Assembly: GCA_001824825.1 (NCBI GenBank)
Contig: MHTK01000002.1
Coordinates: 70,020-134,019, forward strand
Length of the DNA: 64,000 nucleotides
Origin: Candidatus Vogelbacteria bacterium RIFOXYD1_FULL_46_19
GTDB taxonomy: Bacteria > Patescibacteriota > Minisyncoccia > Phycocordibacterales > XYD1-FULL-46-19
Reading direction: 5' to 3'
Position 1 is the stretch's first letter, and each line of letters opens with the position of its first letter. The position numbers were made by a program, and so were the translations under genes. Shown piece by piece: positions 10,570-20,025 of the stretch. Under the pieces are notes generated by a model, which worked only from the letters and a program-made list of their open reading frames with translations, was not told the DNA's origin and ran no database searches.

Positions 10570-11430
10570 ATGAAATTTTATTTGACCACTTTTTTTATAG
10601 CTGCCTTTTTACTGTTGGCATTATTACCAGTACCGCTAGAAGCTGCCCTAAACCGAAATTTATCTTTGGGGTCAAGTGGGTCCGACGTGTGGGAGCTGCA
10701 AAAGTTGCTTAATCGGGATCTGGCGACCATTATTGCCGGGAGTGGCCCGGGGTCCAGTGGTCTGGAAACCGTTTTTTTTGGCCCCCTAACCCAGTTGGCG
10801 GTGAGTCGCTTCCAAGAAAAATATGCCCCCGAAGTCTTGCACCCCCTTGGTTTAAGCCGTGGTACTGGCTATGTGGGGCAATTAACTCGCCAAAAACTAA
10901 ATAGCTTATTAGGGGCGGGAGCTGGGGCTACTTTAGCGATACCCTCAGCGTCGATGCCAGTTTATATCCCTCCCTTACCCCCTCCCATCCCCACGAGTGA
11001 GCTTGGGAGTGATGAAAAAAGTCCGACAAAACCAAGTAGTACGACCAAAAAATCAACAACGGCTAGTGAAATCGACCTATTAAACCAAACCGCTCAGTCT
11101 TTAGCTGGACTGACGGCGCCGGAGCGCTCAAAATTTATGTCTGTAGTGTCTATTTCACCCACTAGTGGTGGTCCAGGGACCACGGTAACCATTAAAGGTC
11201 ATGGTTTTTCCGAGAATAGTAATAAAGTTTATTTAGGTTATGATATCAAAGATAAGGTGCGCTCTACTAAGGACGGCACGGAAATTAAAGTTAAGATTGA
11301 AAACCCCTTTACCGATGGTGATTATAAAACTAGGGCGTCGGGTCAAGGGAGTCTAGAGATTCCCTTGGGTATTATGGTGGAAAATAATACCGGAATAAGT
11401 AATCACTTTATTTTTACCTTAAAATTTTAG
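10570..11430 (+). CDS. Peptidoglycan-binding domain plus IPT/TIG-like domain protein
   Basis: LSLGSSGSDVWELQKLLN..FGPLTQLAVSRFQ..TGYVGQLTR (PG-binding); ISPTSGGPGTTVTIKGHGF (TIG). ATG 10570 chosen because it lies 7 nt after TGcTATACT. Confidence 0.85.
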   Translation: MKFYLTTFFIAAFLLLALLPVPLEAALNRNLSLGSSGSDVWELQKLLNRDLATIIAGSGPGSSGLETVFFGPLTQLAVSRFQEKYAPEVLHPLGLSRGTGYVGQLTRQKLNSLLGAGAGATLAIPSASMPVYIPPLPPPIPTSELGSDEKSPTKPSSTTKKSTTASEIDLLNQTAQSLAGLTAPERSKFMSVVSISPTSGGPGTTVTIKGHGFSENSNKVYLGYDIKDKVRSTKDGTEIKVKIENPFTDGDYKTRASGQGSLEIPLGIMVENNTGISNHFIFTLKF

Positions 11431-11439
11431 ATCTTTACT

Positions 11440-11805
11440 ATGTGGCGAAACTTTTTTATTAACAAAATTATTATCATTCCGCTAGTACTGGTTATTTTTG
11501 CCCTGTCGATTCCGTTTAAAGCCGAAGCTGGCCCAGGCTTACCCTTTGGGGGTCAAATTCTCTCAGTTATTCCCTGCTTGTGTAGTGCCAATCTTTTGAT
11601 AACCATGAGGCCTATTGGCCCCTTGTCGCCCCCTCAGGTTATATTTGGGCCCTCCAGTATATTATTTCCTTTCTATCAATTGTGGCGCCCCGGGGCTTAT
11701 CTTCTAGGTAACTATGGTCCACCGGTGCCCTGTGTGGTGTTTGCAATAATTTGTGTCCCCATTTCTGTGGCCCCACTTATATTGATGACCGGAACCTCGA
11801 TGTAG
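11440..11805 (+). CDS. Small secreted Cys-containing protein
   Basis: Signal peptide ending AEA; PFGG..PCLCS..LLGNY..C..C..GTS. Confidence 0.7.
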   Translation: MWRNFFINKIIIIPLVLVIFALSIPFKAEAGPGLPFGGQILSVIPCLCSANLLITMRPIGPLSPPQVIFGPSSILFPFYQLWRPGAYLLGNYGPPVPCVVFAIICVPISVAPLILMTGTSM

Positions 11806-11808
11806 TTT

Positions 11809-12570
11809 TTAGAGTAAATTTTGCCAATCGGTGAGAGTCAGGTCTTCGGCACGACTTTTTTCCGGTAGATCCCAACTGGTAAGGACTCCTTCGGCTAGGT
11901 TTAAGTTCGAGCGGAGCAATTTTCGTTTTTGGGCAAAGCCTTTTTTGATTAGGTCAAAGAAGGCTTTTTCAGTGAAGTCGCCAAAATAATTTTTATTAAT
12001 ATCACTGATGGCGAGAATAGCCGAGTCGACATTGGGTACGGGCCTGAAGGCCCCCCGGGGGACTTTGGCAATTAGTTTAGGTACACCATAAGCTTTAACC
12101 GACAGCGATAAAATACTTTCTTTGTGGTTTAAAGCGACAATTCTGTCCGCCACTTCTTTTTGCACCAAAATAACTGCCTGGGTGGGCTGGTGTTCGGCCT
12201 CTAAAAACTGACGGATAATTTCCCCGGTGATGTAGTAAGGGATATTGGCGACCAGTTTGTAGGGCGCTAAGGCCTGTAATAGGTTGGGCGGTAAATCTAA
12301 AGCGTCACATTCTAGTAGGGTTAGTTGGCCTTTTTCAATCTCCACTTTAAATTTTTCGGCCAAGGGCTCCATTAGGCGCCGGTCTTTTTCGATAGCGGTA
12401 ACTTTGGCGTCAGCGGCGAGTAAGCGCTCGGTTAAAGCTCCGCGCCCGGGGCCGATTTCCAGTACTTGCTCCCCTGGCTTTAGGCTGGCGGCGTCAATTA
12501 TTTTTTGCAGGGCCGACTGCGATACCAGCCAGTTTTGACCCAAAGATTTCTTAGCAAAAATATGATCCAT
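11809..12570 (-). CDS. rsmA: 16S rRNA adenine dimethyltransferase
   Basis: KKSLGQNWL, VLEIGPGRGALT, VANIPYYIT, F.PVPNVDS. Confidence 0.97.
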   Translation of the reverse strand: MDHIFAKKSLGQNWLVSQSALQKIIDAASLKPGEQVLEIGPGRGALTERLLAADAKVTAIEKDRRLMEPLAEKFKVEIEKGQLTLLECDALDLPPNLLQALAPYKLVANIPYYITGEIIRQFLEAEHQPTQAVILVQKEVADRIVALNHKESILSLSVKAYGVPKLIAKVPRGAFRPVPNVDSAILAISDINKNYFGDFTEKAFFDLIKKGFAQKRKLLRSNLNLAEGVLTSWDLPEKSRAEDLTLTDWQNLL

Positions 12571-12662
12571 GTGAACCCTATCATACCTCTTCGTTAATTT
12601 AAGTAAAACTAAATCCGGCTGGCGGGTTTTAAAGGATAGTCACTCGTTTGAGTAAAAAAATA

Positions 12663-12689
12663 GGCCCCGCACTGTTTGGGTGCGGGGCC
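12663..12689 (-). terminator. Intrinsic terminator of small orphan gene
   Basis: GGCCCCGCAC/GTGCGGGGCC stem followed by a U-tract on the minus strand. Confidence 0.8.
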
Positions 12690-12704
12690 GTGAGGCTGAC
12701 TGGT

Positions 12705-12905
12705 TCAGGAAAAGGTTTCCCGAACTACCCCATCCACAATTTCTTTGGCGAGCTGGAGTAGCTCGCCCACCGGAACCCCTATCTCCTTTGATAGAGATTC
12801 GATTTCCTCGCGGGAGGCCGCACTAAGACGGATTCCTTCTTTCCGAACTAAAAAATTCAAAATTTGAAGGGCAATCTGACCCTTCCGCTCATCACTCAGA
12901 GGCAT
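12705..12905 (-). CDS. Small orphan protein (self-contained cassette)
   Basis: AAGGAGG 5 nt before ATG 12905; own promoter and terminator. Confidence 0.8.
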   Translation of the reverse strand: MPLSDERKGQIALQILNFLVRKEGIRLSAASREEIESLSKEIGVPVGELLQLAKEIVDGVVRETFS

Positions 12906-12926
12906 AAACACCTCCTTTCTACGAGA

Positions 12927-12955
12927 ATTATAGACTAAAACTAATAATTTGTCAA
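12927..12955 (-). promoter_or_regulatory. Consensus sigma70 promoter
   Basis: TTGACA-17 nt-TATAAT on the minus strand. Confidence 0.85.
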
Positions 12956-13031
12956 TAGATAGCGGTTAGGCTGGTTAAGATGATTTTCCAAGGTTTAACC
13001 TTGGAGTGGGGAGGGTGTGATGTAATGGGGA

Positions 13032-14957
13032 TTAGAAATCCAGTAGGTATTCGTAAGTAGGGGCGGCCGGGTCGACATCGCTATCTAAAAGCTCGTCCGG
13101 AATATCCATTAAAAATTCCGACGGCGTATTAACTTGCTGGGAGCCAAAAATGGTACGTAGTTGGGCGTAGGATAAAAACAATTTGGTCCGGGCGCGGGTA
13201 ACAGCCACGTAAAACAAGCGCCGCTCTTCCTCCTCATCGCGATCTTTTTCGCCAAAGCCCTGATGCGGAAACAAACCTTGTTCTAGTCCGGCCACAAAAA
13301 CTACATCAAATTCTAAACCTTTGGCGGCGTGAACGGTCATTAGTTTTACGCCATTTTGCTTTTCGTTCAAAGTGTCTTGATCTGACACTAGGGCGGCCTC
13401 TGTTAAGAGGGCCAACACCGCTTCCGCCCCCTCCAAATGGGCATACTTTTGTGACAAGGTGACCAACTCTTTAATGTTTTCCAGTCGTTCCAAGCCCTCC
13501 TCCCCTTCACCTAAGAGTTCCTTTTCCAGTCCGCTTTCCGCTAAAATAAATTTAACGGTGGCCGCCATCGTTTCCGTTTCAATTTTAGTGCGAATGCGTT
13601 CTAACAGTCGGCGAAAAGCCTCAATCTTTTCTTTAGTGGCACGCGGTAAATCACCCTCAGCTCCAGCGGCCATTTTGGTGAGGGTGGCTTTGCCGATACC
13701 ACGTTTAGGCACATTGATGATGCGTTTTAAACTGTCAAAATCAGTGTCATTAAGAGCCGCTTGCATATAGGCCAAGATGTCCTTAATTTCTTTACGTTCA
13801 AAAAAGCGTACCCCTAAGACTTGGTAAGAGACCCCGGCTTTGAGGAAAGCTTCTTCTAGGGCTCGCGACTGAAAGTTGGCCCGGTACAGGACGGCCATTT
13901 CTTCCGCTTTTTGCCCATTTTGGACCAGCTGTTTGGCCCGATCAGCAATGGCTCTAGATTCCGTACCCTCATCTAAAAAGCTATCCAGTCTAATTTTGTC
14001 TCCGGCCCCATTCTGCGTAAAAAGTTTTTTGTCTCGGCGGTTAACATTTTTTTCAATCACCGCATTGGCGGCGGTTAAGATGTTCTGCGTCGAGCGGTAG
14101 TTTTGTTCGAGGAGTACCACTTTGGCTTTGGGGTGATCTTCTTCAAAACGCAGCAGGTTGGTATAGTCGGCTCCTCGCCAGCTGTAGATCGATTGGTCCA
14201 CATCTCCTACTACACAAATATTGTCGGCCGGGCCACATAAAAGGCGGGTCATTTCGTATTGGACCTGATTGGTATCTTGGTACTCATCAATATGTAAATA
14301 GCGGAAGCGGTCTTGGTACATAGCCCTAATCTGATCATGCTCGCTTAAAAGTAAAACAGTTAAAAGCAATAGATCGTCAAAATCCATACTGTTTTCGGCT
14401 CGTAAAATTCGAGCGTAATTTTCCCAGACCTCCCCTACTACCTCTTGCCAGTAACCGGAGACGTTTAAGCGATAGCTTTGGCCGGACTGCCCTTTACTTT
14501 TGGCAGCCGAAATCGAGCTTAAGATTTTTTTAGGTTCAAACTGTTTTCGGTCAATGCCGGCTTTATCCATCGCTTGCTTGATCTTAGATAAGCTACCCTC
14601 GCGGTCTAAAATGGTAAAAAACCGGGTAAAGCCCAGAGTGTGGGCGTGCTGTCTTAAAATATGAACCGCTAAAGAGTGGAAGGTGCTGGTAAAAGGTTGG
14701 GCTTCACCGGCGTAGGCTGAGCGAGGTTCGGTGTTAAGTAGCTTCTGTAGGCGTTCCGACATTTCTTTAGCGGCTTTGTTGGTAAAAGTTACCGCTAAAA
14801 TGTTCCCAGGAGTCACGCCGGATTTTATTAAGTGTAAAATGCGGTGCGTCACCGTTTTGGTTTTGCCGGCTCCGGCGCCAGCCACAATTAAGAGCGGGCC
14901 GTCTTGGTGCAAAACTGCTTCTTTTTGCGCGTCATTTAGTTCATTTAAATATTCCAC
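13032..14957 (-). CDS. pcrA: UvrD/PcrA superfamily I DNA helicase
   Basis: AGAGAGKT, IDEYQDTN, VVGDVDQSIY, LEQNYRS, HAAKGLEF, EERRLFYVA. Confidence 0.95.
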   Translation of the reverse strand: MEYLNELNDAQKEAVLHQDGPLLIVAGAGAGKTKTVTHRILHLIKSGVTPGNILAVTFTNKAAKEMSERLQKLLNTEPRSAYAGEAQPFTSTFHSLAVHILRQHAHTLGFTRFFTILDREGSLSKIKQAMDKAGIDRKQFEPKKILSSISAAKSKGQSGQSYRLNVSGYWQEVVGEVWENYARILRAENSMDFDDLLLLTVLLLSEHDQIRAMYQDRFRYLHIDEYQDTNQVQYEMTRLLCGPADNICVVGDVDQSIYSWRGADYTNLLRFEEDHPKAKVVLLEQNYRSTQNILTAANAVIEKNVNRRDKKLFTQNGAGDKIRLDSFLDEGTESRAIADRAKQLVQNGQKAEEMAVLYRANFQSRALEEAFLKAGVSYQVLGVRFFERKEIKDILAYMQAALNDTDFDSLKRIINVPKRGIGKATLTKMAAGAEGDLPRATKEKIEAFRRLLERIRTKIETETMAATVKFILAESGLEKELLGEGEEGLERLENIKELVTLSQKYAHLEGAEAVLALLTEAALVSDQDTLNEKQNGVKLMTVHAAKGLEFDVVFVAGLEQGLFPHQGFGEKDRDEEEERRLFYVAVTRARTKLFLSYAQLRTIFGSQQVNTPSEFLMDIPDELLDSDVDPAAPTYEYLLDF

Positions 14958-15019
14958 CCGCCTACTATAGCATAATTTCTTTCGCAGATGACGGTGATTA
15001 AGCTATAATAAATAGTAAT

Positions 15020-15424
15020 ATGTTAGAACAAAAATTATCATCAAATATTGAAGCTGAAATTGCCGACTTGTCGCGCCAAATTGAAGCCAAAAGACGGTTG
15101 TTGGAAACCGAAAGTGGTATGGTGGAGGATAAACAAGTGGTCGCAGCCGTGGTTAAAGTGCCAGCTGAGGACACCTCTGTTCCTATCCTACGGCCCGTTA
15201 GTGGTAATCAGAGCAATCAAGACGGATCGCTTTCGTACTTAGACAGCTTGGATGATCAAACTAAAGAAAGAGTTTTGGAGTTGGTTGATAAAGTTTTTGA
15301 GCGGGGTTTGGGCCGAACCATTAGTGAAGCTAAAAAGCTGGAGGCCCTCGACCTAGACGCTTTTCACGATACGCTGACCGATCGAGTTTACAACGAGTTA
15401 AAAAAGCGCGGATTGGTGAAGTAA
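15020..15424 (+). CDS. Hypothetical protein upstream of VirD4-like gene
   Basis: 134-aa ORF with TATAAT just upstream; LDAFHDTL motif. Confidence 0.8.
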   Translation: MLEQKLSSNIEAEIADLSRQIEAKRRLLETESGMVEDKQVVAAVVKVPAEDTSVPILRPVSGNQSNQDGSLSYLDSLDDQTKERVLELVDKVFERGLGRTISEAKKLEALDLDAFHDTLTDRVYNELKKRGLVK

Positions 15425-15483
15425 CCCAAGACGATAAAAGGTAAGGCTGATTATTCTTTAAAACAAGTTCCCCCGGGGTTTAT

Positions 15484-17841
15484 ATGGACTTTATAATATA
15501 TAGTTTGCTGGGTTTAGGACTCTTGCTGGCCCTCGGGGGCCTATGGTGGTATCAGCGCCGAGGTAATTTTGGCAGTTTAAACTTAAAAGTGCTACTGGTT
15601 AAGATTCCCGAGCGAGAAAGTAAGGACCCGAAAGAATTTTTACATGACATTGCTTTAAGTGAGCAACTTTTTAGCTCACTGTCGGCTATCAAGGAGCCGA
15701 TTGTATTTGAAACCGCTGTTCATAATACCGGCGGAGAAATTTATTTTTATCTAGCTGTTCCGGCTGATCGGGTCGAGTTTGTGTCGCGACAGATCCAAGG
15801 TCTATTCCCGGCGGCCGAGGTGGATTCGGCTTTGGATTACACTATTTTTGCTACCGAACACGGAATCAGGGCCGGTTACTTGGCTCTGGAGGAGTCACCG
15901 GTGGTGCCAATTCGCACTTACTTGGAAAGCGAAGTTGATTCTTTTGCTCCCATTGTGAGCACTTTGTCGCGGTTGCGGGAAGAAGGCGACGGGGCCGCCA
16001 TCCAAATTGTATTGCGGCCGACCAGCTCCAAATTTAAGCAAAAAGTTCAGTCTATTTTAAGCCGGTTAAAAAAAGGTGAATCACTTAATGAAGTACTGAA
16101 AAGTTATAAGGCTTGGGCACCTTTGGTGGATTTGGCTAAAGATTTGTCGGGGAGTAATAAAAGCCCCGATTCTCTGCCTTCGGAACCCAAGTCGATGGAT
16201 GATGAATTGGTAGCTTCACTGGAAACCAAGATCAAAAAGCCTTTGTTTGATGTGAATGTTCGCCTGATTACCGCGGCGGATACGCCCAACGAGGCCAGTG
16301 ATCTTTTGTTATCAATTAGTGGTTCTTTCAGCCAGTTTTCGGCACCTCGACGCAATAGTTTTAAAATTGTCTCCCCTCGTAAAATTACGCGTTTGGTTTA
16401 CGAATATATTTTTAGAGAATTCAATGAGGATCAGGTAATGGTTTTGAATACCGAAGAAATTGCTAGTATTTTTCACTTGCCTACCACCTCGACCGATGTC
16501 CCTCGTATTAAATGGTTGAAAAGTCGTGAAGCGCCACCACCGGAAAATTTACCCACCGCTGGGGCGGTGATTGGTCAGAGTGTGTTCCGAGGTGACATCA
16601 AACCAGTTCGCTTATCTGATCAGGATCGGCGTCGTCATTTCTACGTGATCGGGCAAACTGGTACTGGTAAATCGTTCTTTATGTTGAACCAGGTGGTCCA
16701 GGATATGCAAAACGGTAAAGGCTTATGCGTGATTGATCCCCACGGCGACTTGGTGGATAAAATTTTAGAGCGGGTGCCGGCCAGTCGCTTGGAAGATGTG
16801 ATTGTCTTTAACCCGGGTGATGTGGCGAGACCCTTGGGCCTTAATATGTTGGAGTTTAACCCAGCTCGACCCGAGGAAAAGACTTTTATCGTTAATGAGA
16901 TTCAGTCCATTTTTAACCGCCTCTTCTCGGAGGAAACCATGGGGCCAATGTTTGAGCAGTATATGCGTAATGCCCTGCTCTTACTGATGGAAGATGCTAA
17001 GCATGAACCAGCCACGCTCATGGAAGTGCCGCGAATTTTTACTGATCCGGATTTTCGGTCGCGTAAGCTGGCCCGTATTACCAACCCCACCGTCATCGAC
17101 TTTTGGGAAAAAGAGGCCGCTAAAACCAGCGGCGAGCAAGGTTTGGCCAATATTACCCCGTACATAACGTCTAAGTTTGGCAACTTTATTGCCAATGATT
17201 ATATGCGGCCGATTATTGGTCAACCAAAATCCGCCTTTAATTTTCGGGAGGTAATGGATGACGGTAAAATTCTTTTGGTTAATTTGGCTAAAGGTAAAAT
17301 TGGGGATATTAATGCTGGACTCTTGGGGATGGTGGTGACCGGGCGACTACTCCTTTCGGCTTTGTCTCGCCAGGATATGGCGGAAGACGATCGCCGGGAC
17401 TTTTATTTATACATCGACGAGTTTCAGAATTTCACCACCGACTCGATCTCGGTTATTTTATCGGAAGCCCGCAAGTACAAACTGAATCTGATTTTGGCTC
17501 ACCAATTTATTGCCCAGCTATCGGATGATATTCGGGAGTCGGTGTTTGGTAATGTGGGCTCCTTGGCGGCCTTCCGGGTAGGTATGACCGACGCGGAAGT
17601 GCTGGTCAAACATTTCCACCCCACCTTTAGTGAAAGTGATTTAATTAATATTGAAAATCAAGAGGCTTTTGTCCGGCTCTTAATTAATGGCGAGCCGGCT
17701 CGACCTTTTAATATTAAAACGGAACAAGTAGTTGGCGGTTCCGATGAACTGCGAGAACAACTGAAAGAACTATCGCGACTTACTTATGGTCGGGATATTG
17801 ATGAAGTAGAGCGGGAGATTTTGGCACGACTAAGGCACTAA
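15484..17841 (+). CDS. VirD4/TraD-like coupling ATPase
   Basis: N-terminal TM; DRRRHFYVIGQTGTGKS, VIDPHGDL, YIDEFQNF, SEARKY..AHQ. Confidence 0.88.
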   Translation: MDFIIYSLLGLGLLLALGGLWWYQRRGNFGSLNLKVLLVKIPERESKDPKEFLHDIALSEQLFSSLSAIKEPIVFETAVHNTGGEIYFYLAVPADRVEFVSRQIQGLFPAAEVDSALDYTIFATEHGIRAGYLALEESPVVPIRTYLESEVDSFAPIVSTLSRLREEGDGAAIQIVLRPTSSKFKQKVQSILSRLKKGESLNEVLKSYKAWAPLVDLAKDLSGSNKSPDSLPSEPKSMDDELVASLETKIKKPLFDVNVRLITAADTPNEASDLLLSISGSFSQFSAPRRNSFKIVSPRKITRLVYEYIFREFNEDQVMVLNTEEIASIFHLPTTSTDVPRIKWLKSREAPPPENLPTAGAVIGQSVFRGDIKPVRLSDQDRRRHFYVIGQTGTGKSFFMLNQVVQDMQNGKGLCVIDPHGDLVDKILERVPASRLEDVIVFNPGDVARPLGLNMLEFNPARPEEKTFIVNEIQSIFNRLFSEETMGPMFEQYMRNALLLLMEDAKHEPATLMEVPRIFTDPDFRSRKLARITNPTVIDFWEKEAAKTSGEQGLANITPYITSKFGNFIANDYMRPIIGQPKSAFNFREVMDDGKILLVNLAKGKIGDINAGLLGMVVTGRLLLSALSRQDMAEDDRRDFYLYIDEFQNFTTDSISVILSEARKYKLNLILAHQFIAQLSDDIRESVFGNVGSLAAFRVGMTDAEVLVKHFHPTFSESDLINIENQEAFVRLLINGEPARPFNIKTEQVVGGSDELREQLKELSRLTYGRDIDEVEREILARLRH

Positions 17842-18107
17842 GTCCAGCCAAAAAGCTAGAACAAAATCTATTTTTAGGTTATCCACAGGGGCGACGAATT
17901 GGGTTGCCTTTTCTTACTACTGGTGTAAAATTGTTGTGTACCGTTAGTTGGGCTTCCGAGATGACTGTTGGCAAAAATCCTTATTTTTAGCCATTCCTGA
18001 GCGAGAGCTAGCCATTACTATATAAAACAAGGCTTATTTTAGGTAACTTACAAGAGTCTAAGGTTGGCCCCCGCCAGCCAGACAAAACTAGGTTTCGCGA
18101 TCAAACT

Positions 18108-19157
18108 TTGTCCCCAAGGCTTATTTTAGGTTTTTTGGCCGTTATCCTCATTTTTACCACTTACCACACTGCTCATGCTGGGGTGTTTTCAGCTTTAGGT
18201 AGTAAGTTGAGTGGCGAAACTCCTTTTTATGTTCTAAATCAGGCCGTGGGGGCCAACTCTCAGAAGCTAGCTCTACTGGAACCGGAAGCAACTTTGGCCA
18301 GTAGTGCTCGTGGTGGCTTGGATCCGCAAATCGAAGATGGAGTGGCCCTGGCCCCGGTGGAAGGTTTCGAGGGATCGGCTCAAGCTACAGCTATTATTCC
18401 CCCCAACGACCAAATTAGTGTTTATGTAGTCAAAGAGGGAGACAGTTTGTCACAGGTGGCTGAAATGTTTGGGGTGTCCGTCAATACTATTATGTGGGCC
18501 AACAATATTAAGAAGTCCACTAGTATTAGTGAGGGTGATGTGCTGGTGATTTTACCTATTACTGGTGTTCGACATATCGTGAAGGCTGGAGAAACGATTG
18601 CTAAGATCGCTAAACTCTACAGTGCTGATACGACAGAAGTGGCTAATTATAATGCTTTAGCGGAAGGAACGACGCTTAAAGCCGGGGATGAAATAATAGT
18701 TCCACACGGCGTCATCCCGGCGCCGAAGGCTCCAACTAAGAAAGCACTGGTTAAATCCAAGGATGGCTCCTCTCCTTCGACCGCGTCTAAGTACGCTAAC
18801 TTACCCGATTCTTCTGGTTACTTTATCCAGCCTTTGGTGGGGGGACGCAAAACCCAAGGTATTCACGGTAATAATGCCGTTGACTTGGCGGCGAGCTTAG
18901 GAACGGAGCTACGAGCGGCGGCGGCTGGTAAAGTTATTATTGCGCGAACTGGTGGCTGGAACGGAGGTTATGGCAACTACGTGGTCATTAGTCATGATAA
19001 TGGTTCTCAAACTTTGTACGCTCATATGTTAGATGTGGTGGTGTCTCCCGGCCAAGCAGTAGCCCAAGGACAGAGTATTGGTCACCTTGGGTCTTCTGGT
19101 AATTCGACCGGACCTCATGTTCACTTCGAAATTCGGGGGGTCCGCAATCCCTTCTAG
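18108..19157 (+). CDS. LysM-domain M23 peptidase
   Basis: Two LysM repeats; HGNNAVD, TLYAH, STGPHVHFE. Confidence 0.93.
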   Translation: MSPRLILGFLAVILIFTTYHTAHAGVFSALGSKLSGETPFYVLNQAVGANSQKLALLEPEATLASSARGGLDPQIEDGVALAPVEGFEGSAQATAIIPPNDQISVYVVKEGDSLSQVAEMFGVSVNTIMWANNIKKSTSISEGDVLVILPITGVRHIVKAGETIAKIAKLYSADTTEVANYNALAEGTTLKAGDEIIVPHGVIPAPKAPTKKALVKSKDGSSPSTASKYANLPDSSGYFIQPLVGGRKTQGIHGNNAVDLAASLGTELRAAAAGKVIIARTGGWNGGYGNYVVISHDNGSQTLYAHMLDVVVSPGQAVAQGQSIGHLGSSGNSTGPHVHFEIRGVRNPF

Positions 19158-19285
19158 GCTGGCCGTGGGCCACTAAATTTTTGGATCTAGATAAAATATC
19201 CCATTGGTCGATTCATAAAAACCTCACACAAGTGGGGTTTTTATGATAAAGTAGAGTCACTACTCACTTTTTAAAGATTATTTTA

Positions 19286-20017
19286 ATGTTTAAATTTAAA
19301 TCGCTATTTAAAAACCAACCATCGGCTGTTCATTTAAATGTTCCGGCTAAAGACTTGCCCCTAGAAACTTTGACGGCCGAAGACGTGGATCAAGCCATCA
19401 AGCGCCGGATTGGCAGTATTCAGCGAGAGTTTACTCATGGTTTTAATTTCATTAAGGCTCACGGTAAATCTGTTACTTTTTTTGGTTCGGCCAGACTGTC
19501 GGCCACCGACCCCTATTATGCTAAGGCTAGAGAGTTAGGGCGGAAGTTGGCGCAAGCTGGCTATGCTGTTATTACTGGTGGTGGGCCTGGGATTATGGAG
19601 GCCGGGAATCGTGGGGCGTTTGAAGCGGGGGGAGATTCCTTGGGGTTAACTATTAAGCTACCGATGGAGCAAAGTACCAACCCTTATGTAACAGCTCACG
19701 CCGATTTCTATTACTTTTTTACCCGCAAGGTTTGTATGAGTTTTTCAGCCGAGGCCTACGTTTATTTTCCTGGCGGGTTTGGAACTTTAGATGAATTTTT
19801 TGAAATATTAACTTTGGTTCAGACAAAAAAAATTGAACGAGTACCAATAATTTTAGTTGGCACCGATTTTTGGCGACCACTCGTTACTTGGATTGATACT
19901 GAGCTTCGAAATCGTTTTAAGACTATCGATCAAGAAGATACTAATTTATATCACTTGCTTGATGATGAGCAAATGATAGTTGATCTTATAGAGGAGGTGC
20001 CGGTTAAAATTGGTTAG
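19286..20017 (+). CDS. LOG-family nucleotide phosphoribohydrolase
   Basis: TFFGSAR, ITGGGPGIMEA, PGGFGTLDE. Confidence 0.93.
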   Translation: MFKFKSLFKNQPSAVHLNVPAKDLPLETLTAEDVDQAIKRRIGSIQREFTHGFNFIKAHGKSVTFFGSARLSATDPYYAKARELGRKLAQAGYAVITGGGPGIMEAGNRGAFEAGGDSLGLTIKLPMEQSTNPYVTAHADFYYFFTRKVCMSFSAEAYVYFPGGFGTLDEFFEILTLVQTKKIERVPIILVGTDFWRPLVTWIDTELRNRFKTIDQEDTNLYHLLDDEQMIVDLIEEVPVKIG

Positions 20018-20025
20018 ACTGTTGG

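Noticed and set aside
17842-18107. Riboswitch upstream of the LysM-M23 gene
   Set aside because: Long leader, but no recognisable aptamer consensus by eye; only an isolated TTATCCACA at 17879
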